Of a stretch of DNA of 64,000 nt, positions 1-10,862 are shown in pieces. The stretch's first letter is position 1, and each line of letters starts with the position of its first letter. A program made the translations under genes and the position numbers. Below the pieces are notes generated by a model, which had not been told where the DNA came from, searched no databases, and was given only the letters and a program-made list of their open reading frames with translations. The DNA is taken from positions 1 through 64,000 of IMG/VR virus record IMGVR_UViG_3300001373_000001. One strand, written 5' to 3'. This DNA is from a virus. Taxonomy: Duplodnaviria > Caudoviricetes.

Positions 1-95
1 CTAAATTTACTTGTAATGATAAAATAATTGATGAAACGAATATGGAAATAAAATAAGACGGATAGATAGAGAGTATTTTACTCTCTGTTTTTCTA

Positions 96-989
96 ATGGA
101 GGATTTTATGCAAGATTCTAATGAAAATGTTACAGAACTTATCGAAAAATCTAAATCAAGAAAACAAGAATTAGTAGCAAATGGAGAGTTACAATCAAGT
201 CCAGTAATATTGAAAACAGATGAAAATTATATTGTTGAATTTATGTCAGATGCAACATTGTACTCTAAAAAAGGAAGAAAAATAGAGATACCATCTGGAA
301 GTCTTAAATTTGTATTGAGTTTTAATAGAAAATATGAACATGATACAATAGAACTAACTATACCAATTGATGATATTATACTTGAAGGCAAGTACTTATA
401 TGATAATAAAGTAGTTGTTACACTTGGAAAAGATGATATTCAAGTTTATAGAGTAGATTCATTTAGTGGAGTAGCAATATCATTGAGCGCAGGATCAATA
501 GATCTAGATGCTATAGTAGAAGATGATAAATTATCAGTATCAATATTAGAAAGTATTCATTCAAAATTAATTCAAAGAGAGTCTTTAAGCGACAAAGAAT
601 TAATATCTAATGAAGAAGAAATATCAGGAAAACTAGAAGAATTAACATATAGATTAAATAGATTTAATGAAGGTATTTTCAAAATAAATAAATTTAACTT
701 AAAAGATATAGCATTGACAACAAAATCTGAGGGGAAATTAAGTATAATAGAATTAGAGTCTTTATTAGTGTATGGAGAAGAAGTACCTAATTTTATAACT
801 AACTTCTTAGATGTGTTTGAGTTCCGAAAAGAAATAGGCTTAGAATTAAATACTTTTTCAGCTGTAGAAAATATTATTAAAAATGTATTTAATTATAGGG
901 TTAGGTTATCAAGTAATAAAATCAATAAAATGTTACATGCATTAGCTCTAGATGACTTAAAGGAATACATTGAAACTATATTAAAATAA
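96..989 (+). CDS. hypothetical protein
   Basis: 297-aa ORF; GGAGG RBS precedes the ATG at 108, the likely true start. Confidence 0.7.
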   Translation: MEDFMQDSNENVTELIEKSKSRKQELVANGELQSSPVILKTDENYIVEFMSDATLYSKKGRKIEIPSGSLKFVLSFNRKYEHDTIELTIPIDDIILEGKYLYDNKVVVTLGKDDIQVYRVDSFSGVAISLSAGSIDLDAIVEDDKLSVSILESIHSKLIQRESLSDKELISNEEEISGKLEELTYRLNRFNEGIFKINKFNLKDIALTTKSEGKLSIIELESLLVYGEEVPNFITNFLDVFEFRKEIGLELNTFSAVENIIKNVFNYRVRLSSNKINKMLHALALDDLKEYIETILK

Positions 990-1112
990 TTAGTTGAAAT
1001 TTACAGTAAATTGTATTATAATAATAATATCATTGAAGCCTAAAATTATGTTAGCTCGTCTTTTATCAAAGTCCTATATAGGCTTCAATGACCATTTAAA
1101 TAGGAGGACACT

Positions 1113-1637
1113 ATGATTGATATTGAAATAAATGCAATGAGTAAAGAAGATGTTGAAACTATAATTAGACTCAGACAAGACTTACAATTCTGGAAAATAG
1201 ACAAGATATTCTTTAATGATCTAGAATACTTTAAAATAAACTTAGGAGATTTCATTACAATATTTGAAGTCATGAAAGATGTTTATGACTATTTATTTGG
1301 TACATCAGCAATTATAAACACTATACTTAAAAATGAATCATTGAAAAATATTAATTATAAAAAGCAATTTAACTTTTTAAATAACATAGAACTATTATTT
1401 AATACAATCGATAAATATAACTTAAAAGAATTTACAATAGATGATCTAACGCAAGAACAATTCGAAAATGTGTGTAATATACAATCTACTCATAAATTAA
1501 ATGAAACGATGGAACTGAAAACAAGCGTAATACTTGGATTAATAACTAATTCAATACTTAAACGTAAAGTTGCATTGAGTAAGAGTGGGATAGATTTAAT
1601 TAGGAATAAAATCCTCGAAAGAATAAAATTGAAATAA
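1113..1637 (+). CDS. hypothetical protein
   Basis: AGGAGG RBS, 174 aa. Confidence 0.75.
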   Translation: MIDIEINAMSKEDVETIIRLRQDLQFWKIDKIFFNDLEYFKINLGDFITIFEVMKDVYDYLFGTSAIINTILKNESLKNINYKKQFNFLNNIELLFNTIDKYNLKEFTIDDLTQEQFENVCNIQSTHKLNETMELKTSVILGLITNSILKRKVALSKSGIDLIRNKILERIKLK

Positions 1638-1652
1638 AAAGAAGGTTGAAAA

Positions 1653-1922
1653 GTGAAATGTTATTATTGTGAAGACAAAGCAGTATTATTAAAGAGTTCG
1701 GATACAAAAGTAGTAATTGAAGGTGAATGGATGATTTATTATGACGAAAATAATTATAACATAGATGATTGTTGTATTAAATACTGTCCAATGTGTGGTA
1801 GAGATTTAGAAGAAAATACTATACAAACAGATACTAAAAATATAGATGAAGCAATCGAAGTGATAAAGAGTTTAGCTAAAACTCTAGAAAAATTAAAGAT
1901 TGAATTCGGTTCTATAATATAG
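1653..1922 (+). CDS. small Zn-binding phage protein
   Basis: CYYC and CPMCGR cysteine pairs. Confidence 0.7.
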   Translation: MKCYYCEDKAVLLKSSDTKVVIEGEWMIYYDENNYNIDDCCIKYCPMCGRDLEENTIQTDTKNIDEAIEVIKSLAKTLEKLKIEFGSII

Positions 1923-2128
1923 TATAATCAAGAAGCTTTTGTAAATGATATAATACCAGTAGCAAATCAACTTGTATGTAAATGCAGGTTTTTTTGTTGT
2001 ATTTAATGCTATATGGTGATATTATTAAACAAAGGCTATTATTTTATTTAAGTTTGATTAAATATTAATTAAAAAGCTAAGGCTTAAATTTGGTAATTTA
2101 TCTAAGCAGATTAGTATTTAATTAACAA

Positions 2129-2440
2129 ATGGAGGATGGAATGGGTTTGGTATTAACAAAACTTTTAGAAACTTATGATACATATATATATAAAGTTGAG
2201 AAAAGAGTAAAATTAACAAAAAGACTCAACAAGATATTATTTGTTGCAATGATAGCTAACTTTATATTATCAATAAAATTTGGAGCAATAAACTTCTTTG
2301 CTGGATTATTTAGCTTAGGAATTCTTATGTGGAGTTCTAACACTCTTATGGTAACCGAAAGAAAGATTGAAATATATAAAGAGCTTAGAGCAGACTGTAA
2401 CCAAGAAATATTACATCAAACATATAATGGAAAGAAGTAA
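2129..2440 (+). CDS. small membrane protein
   Basis: two hydrophobic segments. Confidence 0.65.
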   Translation: MEDGMGLVLTKLLETYDTYIYKVEKRVKLTKRLNKILFVAMIANFILSIKFGAINFFAGLFSLGILMWSSNTLMVTERKIEIYKELRADCNQEILHQTYNGKK

Positions 2441-2672
2441 ACTTTACATAATAATATATAAATGCTAAAATAAATATAGATCTCCTTATAAATTGTAGGT
2501 ATGTTTATGAGAAAATGAAAGAGCTATTAATGTAAATTAATGGTTCTTTTTTTGTTGTATAAACGCAACGTAATAATCATATCGAATTAATATTATAAAA
2601 ATATTAATAAAACGTTGCATTTATGATAATAATGTGGTAATATTATAAAAAACGAAATGAGGAGATTTTAAA

Positions 2673-2948
2673 ATGATACAAAGTTCTATAAGAAGATTGA
2701 TGATGGACAAGTTCACAACACTAATACAAGAGAATGAAGGGCTAAATTATAAAGATAGGTCAATGGAATATAAGATTGAAGACTCTAATATATATTACAA
2801 TATTAATAGTGGAGATATATATGAGGATGATATACTTGACCCAGAATGGGAATTAGTAAACTTAAAAACAATGGATATTGAGGATATGTTCGATGAGTTA
2901 AAAGCTTTATGTGATGCTATTGATGAAAGAGATGGTGAGCAAAAATGA
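2673..2948 (+). CDS. hypothetical protein
   Basis: GAGGAG RBS; upstream TTGCAT-17-TAATAT promoter-like sequence. Confidence 0.7.
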   Translation: MIQSSIRRLMMDKFTTLIQENEGLNYKDRSMEYKIEDSNIYYNINSGDIYEDDILDPEWELVNLKTMDIEDMFDELKALCDAIDERDGEQK

Positions 2949-3463
2949 TAATAGAATTAATTAGGAAACAATATACAATTGAGGATTTTTGCCGACTAAT
3001 AAAAATGGATAAGACTAAGCTTTATAGAATAGATAAGGATATATCTAAAATTAAAGTGTGTGATCTTGCCGATATCTGCAATGAGTTAAATATTAATCCA
3101 TTAGATATATTCAAGTACCATTTTGTAGACAGAACTTATGATGACTTAATAGGATTAGTAAACCTACAATATGAAAGAGACGTAAAATATTTATTGACTA
3201 AATATCAACAGCAATACTTAGCTGACGTGTTAAATGGATATATATATACACCAGGAATGTCACCAAAAAGCTCATTAAAATTAAACATTATAGATGGTGA
3301 TATATATCAAAAATTAGGAGATAAATGGGAAGTTAATGTAGAAGAACTCGTAAGAACAATTGATAATATATCAGAGTTTGAAGCATATATAATTATTAAG
3401 AAAATTAAAGAATGGTGGAATAAGCCAGATGAAGAAAGAGATATAGATAATATATTGGTATAG
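2945..3463 (+). CDS. XRE-type HTH domain protein
   Basis: N-terminal YTIEDFCRLIKMDKTKLYRI...LADICNELNI HTH pattern. Confidence 0.65.
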   Translation: MIIELIRKQYTIEDFCRLIKMDKTKLYRIDKDISKIKVCDLADICNELNINPLDIFKYHFVDRTYDDLIGLVNLQYERDVKYLLTKYQQQYLADVLNGYIYTPGMSPKSSLKLNIIDGDIYQKLGDKWEVNVEELVRTIDNISEFEAYIIIKKIKEWWNKPDEERDIDNILV

Positions 3464-3473
3464 GAGAATATAA

Positions 3474-4076
3474 ATGAATATAGTTGAACCAATTAGAGAC
3501 ATTAAGACAATTAAAAATATTAGATCTATATTAAAAAGTCAATCAACACGAAATGAGCTATTATTCATTCTTGGAATAAACGTTGGAATTCGTGTTAGTG
3601 ATATACTTAAACTTAAGACTAAAGACTTGTTGATGCCAAACAAGAGTATTAAAGACCATGTTGTAATAACCGAAAAGAAAACTGGTAAAACTAAAAAGTT
3701 CTATATAGGAGACATAGTAAGAGAAGTGATACATGACTATTATAAAGACATTAATGACTATAATCCAGATAAATATGTATTTGATGGAAGAAAAGGTGAT
3801 TTAGCCATATCTAGACAACAAGCATATAGGATATTAAATAAAGCTGCTGAATTAATTGATTTAGTAGAGAGAGATGGTAACAATAGACTTATATCTGGAG
3901 AAATTGGAACTCACACGCTCAGAAAGACATTTGGTTATCATGCTTATCAAAACGGAACTTCACTAAGTCTATTAATGCAAATATTTAATCATTCATCTGA
4001 ATTCCAAACATTGAGATATATTGGCATTACAGAGGATAACAAGAAAAATGTTTATCTAAATTCTAATTTAGGATAG
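3474..4076 (+). CDS. small tyrosine recombinase (catalytic domain only, resolvase-like)
   Basis: GIRVSD, EKKTGK, HTLRKTFGY, FNHS, TLRYIG: full R-K-H-R-H-Y catalytic set. Confidence 0.92.
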   Translation: MNIVEPIRDIKTIKNIRSILKSQSTRNELLFILGINVGIRVSDILKLKTKDLLMPNKSIKDHVVITEKKTGKTKKFYIGDIVREVIHDYYKDINDYNPDKYVFDGRKGDLAISRQQAYRILNKAAELIDLVERDGNNRLISGEIGTHTLRKTFGYHAYQNGTSLSLLMQIFNHSSEFQTLRYIGITEDNKKNVYLNSNLG

Positions 4077-4155
4077 ACAAATTAATTAAGACATAGTAAA
4101 ATAAAGTACAAGTTTATGGATTTATTATAAAGAGAACTATCAAAAAAAACAAATT

Positions 4156-4184
4156 AGAAGCCTAATAAAAAGGCTTCTTTTTTT
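4156..4184 (+). terminator. intrinsic terminator
   Basis: AGAAGCCT...AGGCTTCT stem followed by T run. Confidence 0.75.
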
Positions 4185-4320
4185 GTTGTGTGCAAATTTA
4201 TTATCATCTATTTAGCAAAGGAGAAACAATGCTTGAGATTTAATTATAACTTAGTGATAACTAATTGTAAACAATGAAAATATATGATAAAATATTATTA
4301 ATTCCTTATATATAGCTACA

Positions 4321-5097
4321 ATGCTAATTAATTACAAAAAAAATAAGAGGTTAAATATGAATAATTTTGAAGAACTAATTGAAAGATTAACTAACAATAT
4401 TATAGCGATAGACCCTATATTTAAAAGATTAGATTATAAACATGAAGTATTTAAAAAGTACATATTAAAAATCAACAAAGAATATCTTAGTAGAGTTGAC
4501 TCTTGGTACTTTAATGATAATACCAATAATCAATATCTAAGAATAACAAATAAAAAACTATCAGAGTTACTATTTGGAAATAAAATAAGTATTAATAGAG
4601 TGGAGAAATTGATACCAGCACTAGTTGAACTAAACTTATTAACAATTATTAAACATGAGACTTATGAGATTCCAAAATATAATATTAATGAAATAGTTCA
4701 AAAATCAATTATAAACAGTGAACAGATTAATGATATGAATGATAAGGTTATTAAAAAGAAATACATAAAAAAAGAGCAAGGATGCAGTAAAGAAGAGTCA
4801 TATGAACTAATAGAAGAATATATATTAGATCAATTAAGGCTTAATAGATATGTTTTATCACAAAACATAGAAAGCCATTTTATAGTAAATAAAAAATTCA
4901 TAGATATTCCTAGACGTATTAGGGCAGGAATAAAGCTATGTTCTGATAAGCATAACTTATTACTAATAATGGCTGATAAGATGCTTAAGGTAGCTCTAGA
5001 CATCAAATTAGGCTATCCTAAGGTTATAATAACTAAATCATTTTACAAAGAAATTGAAACGGAGACTTATTCATGCAAAATAAAGAATATGAATTAA
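4321..5097 (+). CDS. putative winged-helix DNA-binding protein, paralog of 6144-6890
   Basis: LSELLFGNKISINRVEKLIPALVELNLL wHTH-like segment; start probably at 4357. Confidence 0.6.
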   Translation: MLINYKKNKRLNMNNFEELIERLTNNIIAIDPIFKRLDYKHEVFKKYILKINKEYLSRVDSWYFNDNTNNQYLRITNKKLSELLFGNKISINRVEKLIPALVELNLLTIIKHETYEIPKYNINEIVQKSIINSEQINDMNDKVIKKKYIKKEQGCSKEESYELIEEYILDQLRLNRYVLSQNIESHFIVNKKFIDIPRRIRAGIKLCSDKHNLLLIMADKMLKVALDIKLGYPKVIITKSFYKEIETETYSCKIKNMN

Positions 5098-5645
5098 AAC
5101 TTAGTCAAGCTATAATAGAATCATTTGGATATAAATTTGAAGAACTATATAACTGTTTCAAGGATAATATAATAGAAGTAGATTTAATAGTATCAATGAT
5201 AGAAGTTGTAGATTTGTTAATAAAAGATATTTCCGACTATTATAGTGATCCAATAGATGATTTAAATACAAATAAAACATTGGTAAAGAATGCTTATTGT
5301 GTAACATCATTCTTTTTAAAGATGAAAGAAATATATGAGCCAGAAATGCTTAAAACATTAAAGATGGTTACAAATGATGGTGAACCATTTGAAATAGGAT
5401 TTAAAAATAAAGATGGTGAAATAATATCTGCACATGATAGATATAAACTAACTATATCTAGTGAATCAGCGTTCGAGTTCTTGTTATCAATTATAATAGA
5501 CTCATTAAATAATAAAAGAAATACTTCAATATATAAACTAATAAATGAATTAACTAAAATAGATGTTAGTATATTTGAGTGTAATAACTGTATGCAATAT
5601 AAATATCTACAAAAATGTAATTGTAAGTATACAAGAGAGGAGTAA
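5073..5645 (+). CDS. hypothetical protein, 'AIIESF' paralog family with C-terminal Cys4
   Basis: shares EY.LKL..AIIESF...LYN..KDNI and terminal cysteine pairs with 11206 and 11787. Confidence 0.75.
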   Translation: MQNKEYELKLSQAIIESFGYKFEELYNCFKDNIIEVDLIVSMIEVVDLLIKDISDYYSDPIDDLNTNKTLVKNAYCVTSFFLKMKEIYEPEMLKTLKMVTNDGEPFEIGFKNKDGEIISAHDRYKLTISSESAFEFLLSIIIDSLNNKRNTSIYKLINELTKIDVSIFECNNCMQYKYLQKCNCKYTREE

Positions 5646-5647
5646 AC

Positions 5648-6151
5648 ATGGAACATGTTGAACTAAGGATTATTTTAAATGGAGATAGAAAGTTAATGGG
5701 TATATCTAGATACGCTAATAACTTAGACACAATAAAAGAAAACCTAAATATTTTTACAGCATTCTTGATGTTCGCAGACCAATATTCATACTTTTTAAAG
5801 ACCATAAATACATTTAGTTTAGATGAAATAGAATATACTTTAGATGATGAACCATATAAGCCTACATTTATTAAAGTTACAGATGACCAAAAAGAGAGAC
5901 TTGAACGAGGTGAGATGTCTCCATATGAAATAGTCTTATGTGTTGTAAGAGAAGAATTTAAACAAGTATTATCAGATCATGAAGAGATCGTATACAAAGA
6001 TATACCTAAGATCATCTCATACTTGAGAGAGAATAATCTAATAGATGATATTATAGAACGTGTAAAAGAAATAACACTTGGAAATAGAGAGTTAGATGAT
6101 ATGATAATGAAAGATTTAACAGAAAGCTTAAAGGTACAAGTAGATGAATAA
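5648..6151 (+). CDS. hypothetical protein, paralog of 18309 and 19239
   Basis: shared D(H/Y)E(E/K)..I.(Y/C)(L/I)(K/R)(D/E)N..(I/V/L)D C-terminal pattern. Confidence 0.7.
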   Translation: MEHVELRIILNGDRKLMGISRYANNLDTIKENLNIFTAFLMFADQYSYFLKTINTFSLDEIEYTLDDEPYKPTFIKVTDDQKERLERGEMSPYEIVLCVVREEFKQVLSDHEEIVYKDIPKIISYLRENNLIDDIIERVKEITLGNRELDDMIMKDLTESLKVQVDE

Positions 6152-6890
6152 ATTTCAACAAACATTAACTAATAATTTAAACAATATAGATGATATATTC
6201 GATAATATAGATATTAAATATGGTAAACTTAAACCATATGCTATACGTATGAATAGGGCTTTATTACTAGCGACTTATAATAGAGATCAAGATATAAAAG
6301 TATTAAATGTAGGGTCTAGAACTCTATCTTACATATTATTCGATGATTCAATAAGTTATAGAAAAGTTAAAGTAACTATGGCTCATTTGATATATTTTGG
6401 ATTTATAACTAGAATAAGCGCTAAAGAATTTACTATAAATAAATATAACTTAAAAGATATACAAAGTAATATAATTAGATATGAGGGATTTAAATATAAC
6501 ATAAATAGAATGACTATAAAAGAAGTTGCTGATAAAGAAGGTATAGAAGTTGCAAATAATATATATATTGAAAAAGAATTGATGGAATTTGTTGACGATT
6601 TTTTTATAAGCTCAAATTCAATAGAAGTAGACTCGGACTATATAATGGTTAAAGATTACATAATATCAGCAATACTAGAGAATGGATATATAATTCAAAA
6701 AGATGTTCTTAAATATTTCTGCAAAAATAAACTTATGGCATGCCATAAAGTAAGAATTAATATAATTATAAGAAACATGATTCAATTTAAATTAATATAC
6801 ACTAGAACATGTGATGAGTTTATGAAAAATAAATTCAACTTATTTAATGTTAATTCTCGCTCTAAAATTATACTAAATATGAATGATTAA
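6144..6890 (+). CDS. putative winged-helix protein, paralog of 4321-5097
   Basis: LSYILFDDSISYRKVKVTMAHLIYFGFI and YIISAILENGYI align with 4321. Confidence 0.6.
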   Translation: MNKFQQTLTNNLNNIDDIFDNIDIKYGKLKPYAIRMNRALLLATYNRDQDIKVLNVGSRTLSYILFDDSISYRKVKVTMAHLIYFGFITRISAKEFTINKYNLKDIQSNIIRYEGFKYNINRMTIKEVADKEGIEVANNIYIEKELMEFVDDFFISSNSIEVDSDYIMVKDYIISAILENGYIIQKDVLKYFCKNKLMACHKVRINIIIRNMIQFKLIYTRTCDEFMKNKFNLFNVNSRSKIILNMND

Positions 6891-7089
6891 CAATATATTT
6901 TTAAATAACTACCATAAATAATTTTGGTGGTTATTTTTATTTATATGCCAAAAATAGCTTGTATAAAGTAAAAATCGATACAAAATGTTCCGAATTTGAA
7001 TTTAGTATAGCTAATTTTGAGTATCTAATTTTTAACATTAAAAAGAACTATTAGAAAATCCAATAGTTCAATTTAATCAAAATTAATCC

Positions 7090-7515
7090 TTAATAATAAT
7101 CTTGGTCATCAATGCGATATGGAATCCATCCAGCATAACATCTAAATATCAAGCCATTTCTTTTATAGCCTTCCATACATCTTCTGTAATACCATCGCAT
7201 TTCATTTTCTGCTACGCCTATAGTTGCACCCATAGCAATAGTCCATGGATTTGGAAGTCCTTTGATACCTAATGCCCATTTATACTTAGCTACAGTTACA
7301 TTTTTACCAGTATTTGCCCACCCTAAAGCTTGATAGTTATCGGCAGTTTTCTTGTACTCCATAGCCATGTTGTAGCACTCTTGCTTGGTATAATACCTAT
7401 CATAATATCCCCAGCCTTTGTCAACTACATCGTGTTTATTTCCAGCTGCGAAACAAGTCGTTGACAATATAAATAATGTAGATAGTAATATAAAAATAGA
7501 AACTAACTTTTTCAT
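7090..7515 (-). CDS. secreted small protein
   Basis: signal peptide MKKLVSIFILLSTLFILSTTCFA, GGAGG RBS, higher GC than neighbours. Confidence 0.75.
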   Translation of the reverse strand: MKKLVSIFILLSTLFILSTTCFAAGNKHDVVDKGWGYYDRYYTKQECYNMAMEYKKTADNYQALGWANTGKNVTVAKYKWALGIKGLPNPWTIAMGATIGVAENEMRWYYRRCMEGYKRNGLIFRCYAGWIPYRIDDQDYY

Positions 7516-7795
7516 AATGACACCTCCAATTCTAGTTTATTATAACATATTTTATACAACTTAAAGATTACATTTTTGTTAAGAATTTAGGCTCTGTAAG
7601 GCAGAAAAACAGCGCATATAATAACACAATTATAAAAATAAAGCAACTAAAAAAAGACTTAATAAAATTGAACATAATACCTCCAAAATATATTGAAATT
7701 TGTATATTTATTTGATATAATGTAGTTAAACTTATTAAAATTACAATATATAGTAAAACCATAAGACTTTGAAAATACTAACAAAAGAGGTCGAA

Positions 7796-8014
7796 ATGAA
7801 TCAAAAAAAACCATATAATAATAATTTACAAAAATATAGAGTATATTATAATCTAACTCAAGAAGCATTGGCAAAAAAACTAACAATGTCTGTGCAAACA
7901 GTGAGGATGATTGAGCATCAAAAATCTCATCCAGTTGATTATAATATTAAATCTATATTAGAATGTTTTAATGTAAGTTTCAATCAAATGTTTTATGATA
8001 CAAATGATGACTAA
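7796..8014 (+). CDS. XRE/Cro-like HTH regulator
   Basis: LTQEALAKKLTMSVQTVRMIE; GAGG RBS before ATG 7796. Confidence 0.85.
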   Translation: MNQKKPYNNNLQKYRVYYNLTQEALAKKLTMSVQTVRMIEHQKSHPVDYNIKSILECFNVSFNQMFYDTNDD

Positions 8015-8025
8015 GGGAGCTAAAT

Positions 8026-8991
8026 ATGGACTTAAAACTAGAGGACTTGAAATTAATAGATAACGAAGTAATGAGTATATTTGAATGGGTAAAAAGATTT
8101 GAAGGCGAAGGAATGGGAGGATCAGATCTAGATAAGTTAAATGTATGTATATTAATAAAATTAAAGACTATAATAAATGCTATTGAAAAAGTAAACTTAA
8201 AAGATATAACAATAGATAGAGTACCCTTATCAGTGATACAAGCAAGAAAGATTAAACATTATTCTCTAAATGAATCATTTAATAAACTTAAAAATAAAAT
8301 ACCAAACTACAGCAAATATTTATTCATTTTAAGCGTAATAAGTTTTGACTTTAAAATTAGTTTTAATGTAAATATATATCACATTTTATTCAAGTTTAAA
8401 GCTACAATAAAGGTTGCTGAAAACTTACTAGAAAATATAAGCATATTTAAACTAATTGGTTTTAGATACGATGAACAAGGTTTAAAAAAATTAATACAAG
8501 ACTTATTTAAGCGCAAGTTAAGCACAGAAGATTTCTTTACAAATACGAAAATATCAGAATCGATAATGAAAGATGACATTGTAGATAATACAATGGATGA
8601 TGATAAGTTTGATAAGTACTATAATATTTTAAACGAAAATAAAGATATGAGTTATCTAAACTTGCATTATATATTGTCTAGTAAAAAAGAACTTGATAGA
8701 GAAGCTTCTGATAAATTCATAACTAATTTTTGTAATTTTATGAGAATGGATATCATAAGACCTGATCCAAATGGTTACTCAGAAGATGATTTACTTGGAG
8801 ATGTTTTAAATAAAATTCTAATAGAATCATGCTTGATAAAAACAATACTATCAAACCTAGAAAATAAATATTTTGGATCTGTAAATGATTTAAGTGTACT
8901 AATATGTTCCATGAATATTTCTATTTTAGATAAGCAAGAGAGCATTCTTGAATTATTACGAAATATGCTAGATGAATGTGAGGATAGATAA
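8026..8991 (+). CDS. hypothetical protein
   Basis: 321 aa; DITID..L and PNY.KY motifs shared with 8972. Confidence 0.7.
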   Translation: MDLKLEDLKLIDNEVMSIFEWVKRFEGEGMGGSDLDKLNVCILIKLKTIINAIEKVNLKDITIDRVPLSVIQARKIKHYSLNESFNKLKNKIPNYSKYLFILSVISFDFKISFNVNIYHILFKFKATIKVAENLLENISIFKLIGFRYDEQGLKKLIQDLFKRKLSTEDFFTNTKISESIMKDDIVDNTMDDDKFDKYYNILNENKDMSYLNLHYILSSKKELDREASDKFITNFCNFMRMDIIRPDPNGYSEDDLLGDVLNKILIESCLIKTILSNLENKYFGSVNDLSVLICSMNISILDKQESILELLRNMLDECEDR

Positions 8992-9313
8992 TGTGGATAT
9001 TAAAATTAAATATATTGACTTTATTAATCAATTAATTAATGATGGATTGTTATTTGTAAATACAGAAATAATAAATACATTAAATAAGTTTGTTGATAAA
9101 CTTGAACAAGTAGAATTTGATGATATAACTATTGATGGAGTATCATTAAAAGAATACTTTGGATTATTATCATTTGAGTATTATAAATACATTAGAAAAC
9201 ATGAACCTAACTATACTAAGTATGAATATATAATATATTTACTAAGCGTATTTAATGAAACAGACTATAATTTATACCTATTCAAATCAATAATAAAAAG
9301 AAAGGAAATGTAA
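8972..9313 (+). CDS. hypothetical protein, partial paralog of 8026
   Basis: DDITIDGVSL...EPNYTKY. Confidence 0.65.
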   Translation: MNVRIDNVDIKIKYIDFINQLINDGLLFVNTEIINTLNKFVDKLEQVEFDDITIDGVSLKEYFGLLSFEYYKYIRKHEPNYTKYEYIIYLLSVFNETDYNLYLFKSIIKRKEM

Positions 9314-10143
9314 TGAAGAATATAGCAATAATAAACTGTAGCGATAGCAAATTTGAAGAATATAAGTCTAATTTTATGAATTTTTTTATAAACCTACATA
9401 GAATAAATGATACTAACGTAAAAGAGATTGAGACTACCATAAAAAGTTTTAATATAGATAGAGTCATATTAGTAGATGATAGAGATAAAATGACTCTAGA
9501 AGCCTTAGAACAGCTTGCAGGGTATATTAAAATGTTTTTCAGTAATATAGATATAATTTACTTAGGTAACAATGAAATAGAGTTTGAAGATCACAATTTA
9601 CTTGAAAGATCAGCTCACTTTAAAAATTTGAATGACCTAGAAATTTATAATTGGATTTTCTATAATAGTTTATCAAAAAGCAATAAATACATCCTAGATC
9701 ACTTGAAGTTTAATACTAATAAGAAACTAGTAATAATGGTTGGGCTGCCGAGATCGGGAAAGACTACATTTGTTGAAAGATACTTAAAAAAACATGACTA
9801 TGTAATACTATCATCAGATCAACTTAGACTAAGCTTATATAAAGAAGTGTTCAACAAAGAACGTGAGCAAGAAATGTGGCATATGTTTAGAGAAATGTAT
9901 AACTATTTTATCCAAACTAAATCAAATATTATAATTGATAGCACTAATATAAGTTATGTAAACAGAATGTATTATATGGATATAGCAAAACAAAACAAGT
10001 ATGATATAGTCATAATACATATTGATACACCTAAAGAAATTTGCATTAGTAGATGTGAAGACGAAAAACTAATAGAGGTTATAAATTGCATGGAAAATAC
10101 AATCGACCACGACTTTAGCGGTGCGTTTAGTATAACAATCTAA
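9313..10143 (+). CDS. AAA_33 / polynucleotide-kinase-like P-loop kinase
   Basis: MVGLPRSGKTT Walker A, SSDQLR, IIIDSTN, CISR lid. Confidence 0.85.
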   Translation: MKNIAIINCSDSKFEEYKSNFMNFFINLHRINDTNVKEIETTIKSFNIDRVILVDDRDKMTLEALEQLAGYIKMFFSNIDIIYLGNNEIEFEDHNLLERSAHFKNLNDLEIYNWIFYNSLSKSNKYILDHLKFNTNKKLVIMVGLPRSGKTTFVERYLKKHDYVILSSDQLRLSLYKEVFNKEREQEMWHMFREMYNYFIQTKSNIIIDSTNISYVNRMYYMDIAKQNKYDIVIIHIDTPKEICISRCEDEKLIEVINCMENTIDHDFSGAFSITI

Positions 10144-10177
10144 TCTAAATGTTATACCAAAGTAAAGGAGCATACAA

Positions 10178-10540
10178 ATGAAAAAATTTGATTTTACTAA
10201 CATAGATAAGTATATTGAGTTAAATAAAGATAAGATTGAAACAGTTATGCTTGGAATGCTTGAAGATTTTTTTTGGACTGGATTTCAATACTATGGAGAG
10301 TCAAAAGAAAATGTTACAATTGATTTCTCAGATTGGGCAACTCCAATAATGCATATTGAATTTAAAGATGGATCGGAAATAGTTGTTGATAGCTATATAG
10401 ATGATTATAAGAAATATGATAAAGCAAGATATATAGGAATCATAAATATAATCAAAACAAGTGTTATGACACAAGATAATGTTAATAGACTTTCAAGATT
10501 ACCGAGATACAATCTAATCGATATAATGAGGAAAATATGA
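10178..10540 (+). CDS. hypothetical protein, paralog of 10863
   Basis: KYIELNK, GM..DF.W, W.TPI...FK.G shared. Confidence 0.75.
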   Translation: MKKFDFTNIDKYIELNKDKIETVMLGMLEDFFWTGFQYYGESKENVTIDFSDWATPIMHIEFKDGSEIVVDSYIDDYKKYDKARYIGIINIIKTSVMTQDNVNRLSRLPRYNLIDIMRKI

Positions 10541-10818
10541 GTGAATTAGAGGTATTATTATATTTTAAGGGGAAATGCATTAAAAGTTTAATATTGAGTA
10601 TTGCATCAGCTTTTCTAGTAACTAGTTCAAATTTAGTTATGATACTAAAATTATTAAATGATACTGAGTATAATAACAACCTAGTAATTGGATTAAAAAT
10701 ACTTAGCATAATAATAATAATACTTAATTTTTGGATTGCAATATTAAACATAAAATGTATAGAAGGATTAATTATAAGTATCTTAGATATAAACAAAGCT
10801 TTAAAAGAAATTAGATAG
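10537..10818 (+). CDS. small membrane protein
   Basis: two hydrophobic helices, overlapping stop/start. Confidence 0.6.
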   Translation: MSELEVLLYFKGKCIKSLILSIASAFLVTSSNLVMILKLLNDTEYNNNLVIGLKILSIIIIILNFWIAILNIKCIEGLIISILDINKALKEIR

Positions 10819-10862
10819 AAGTTATCTGGAAATTTAGGATAACTGAATTAGGAGATATACAA

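Noticed and set aside
989-1000. target of the short spacer AGTTGAAAATATT
   Set aside because: Only 8 contiguous nt match in AT-rich DNA
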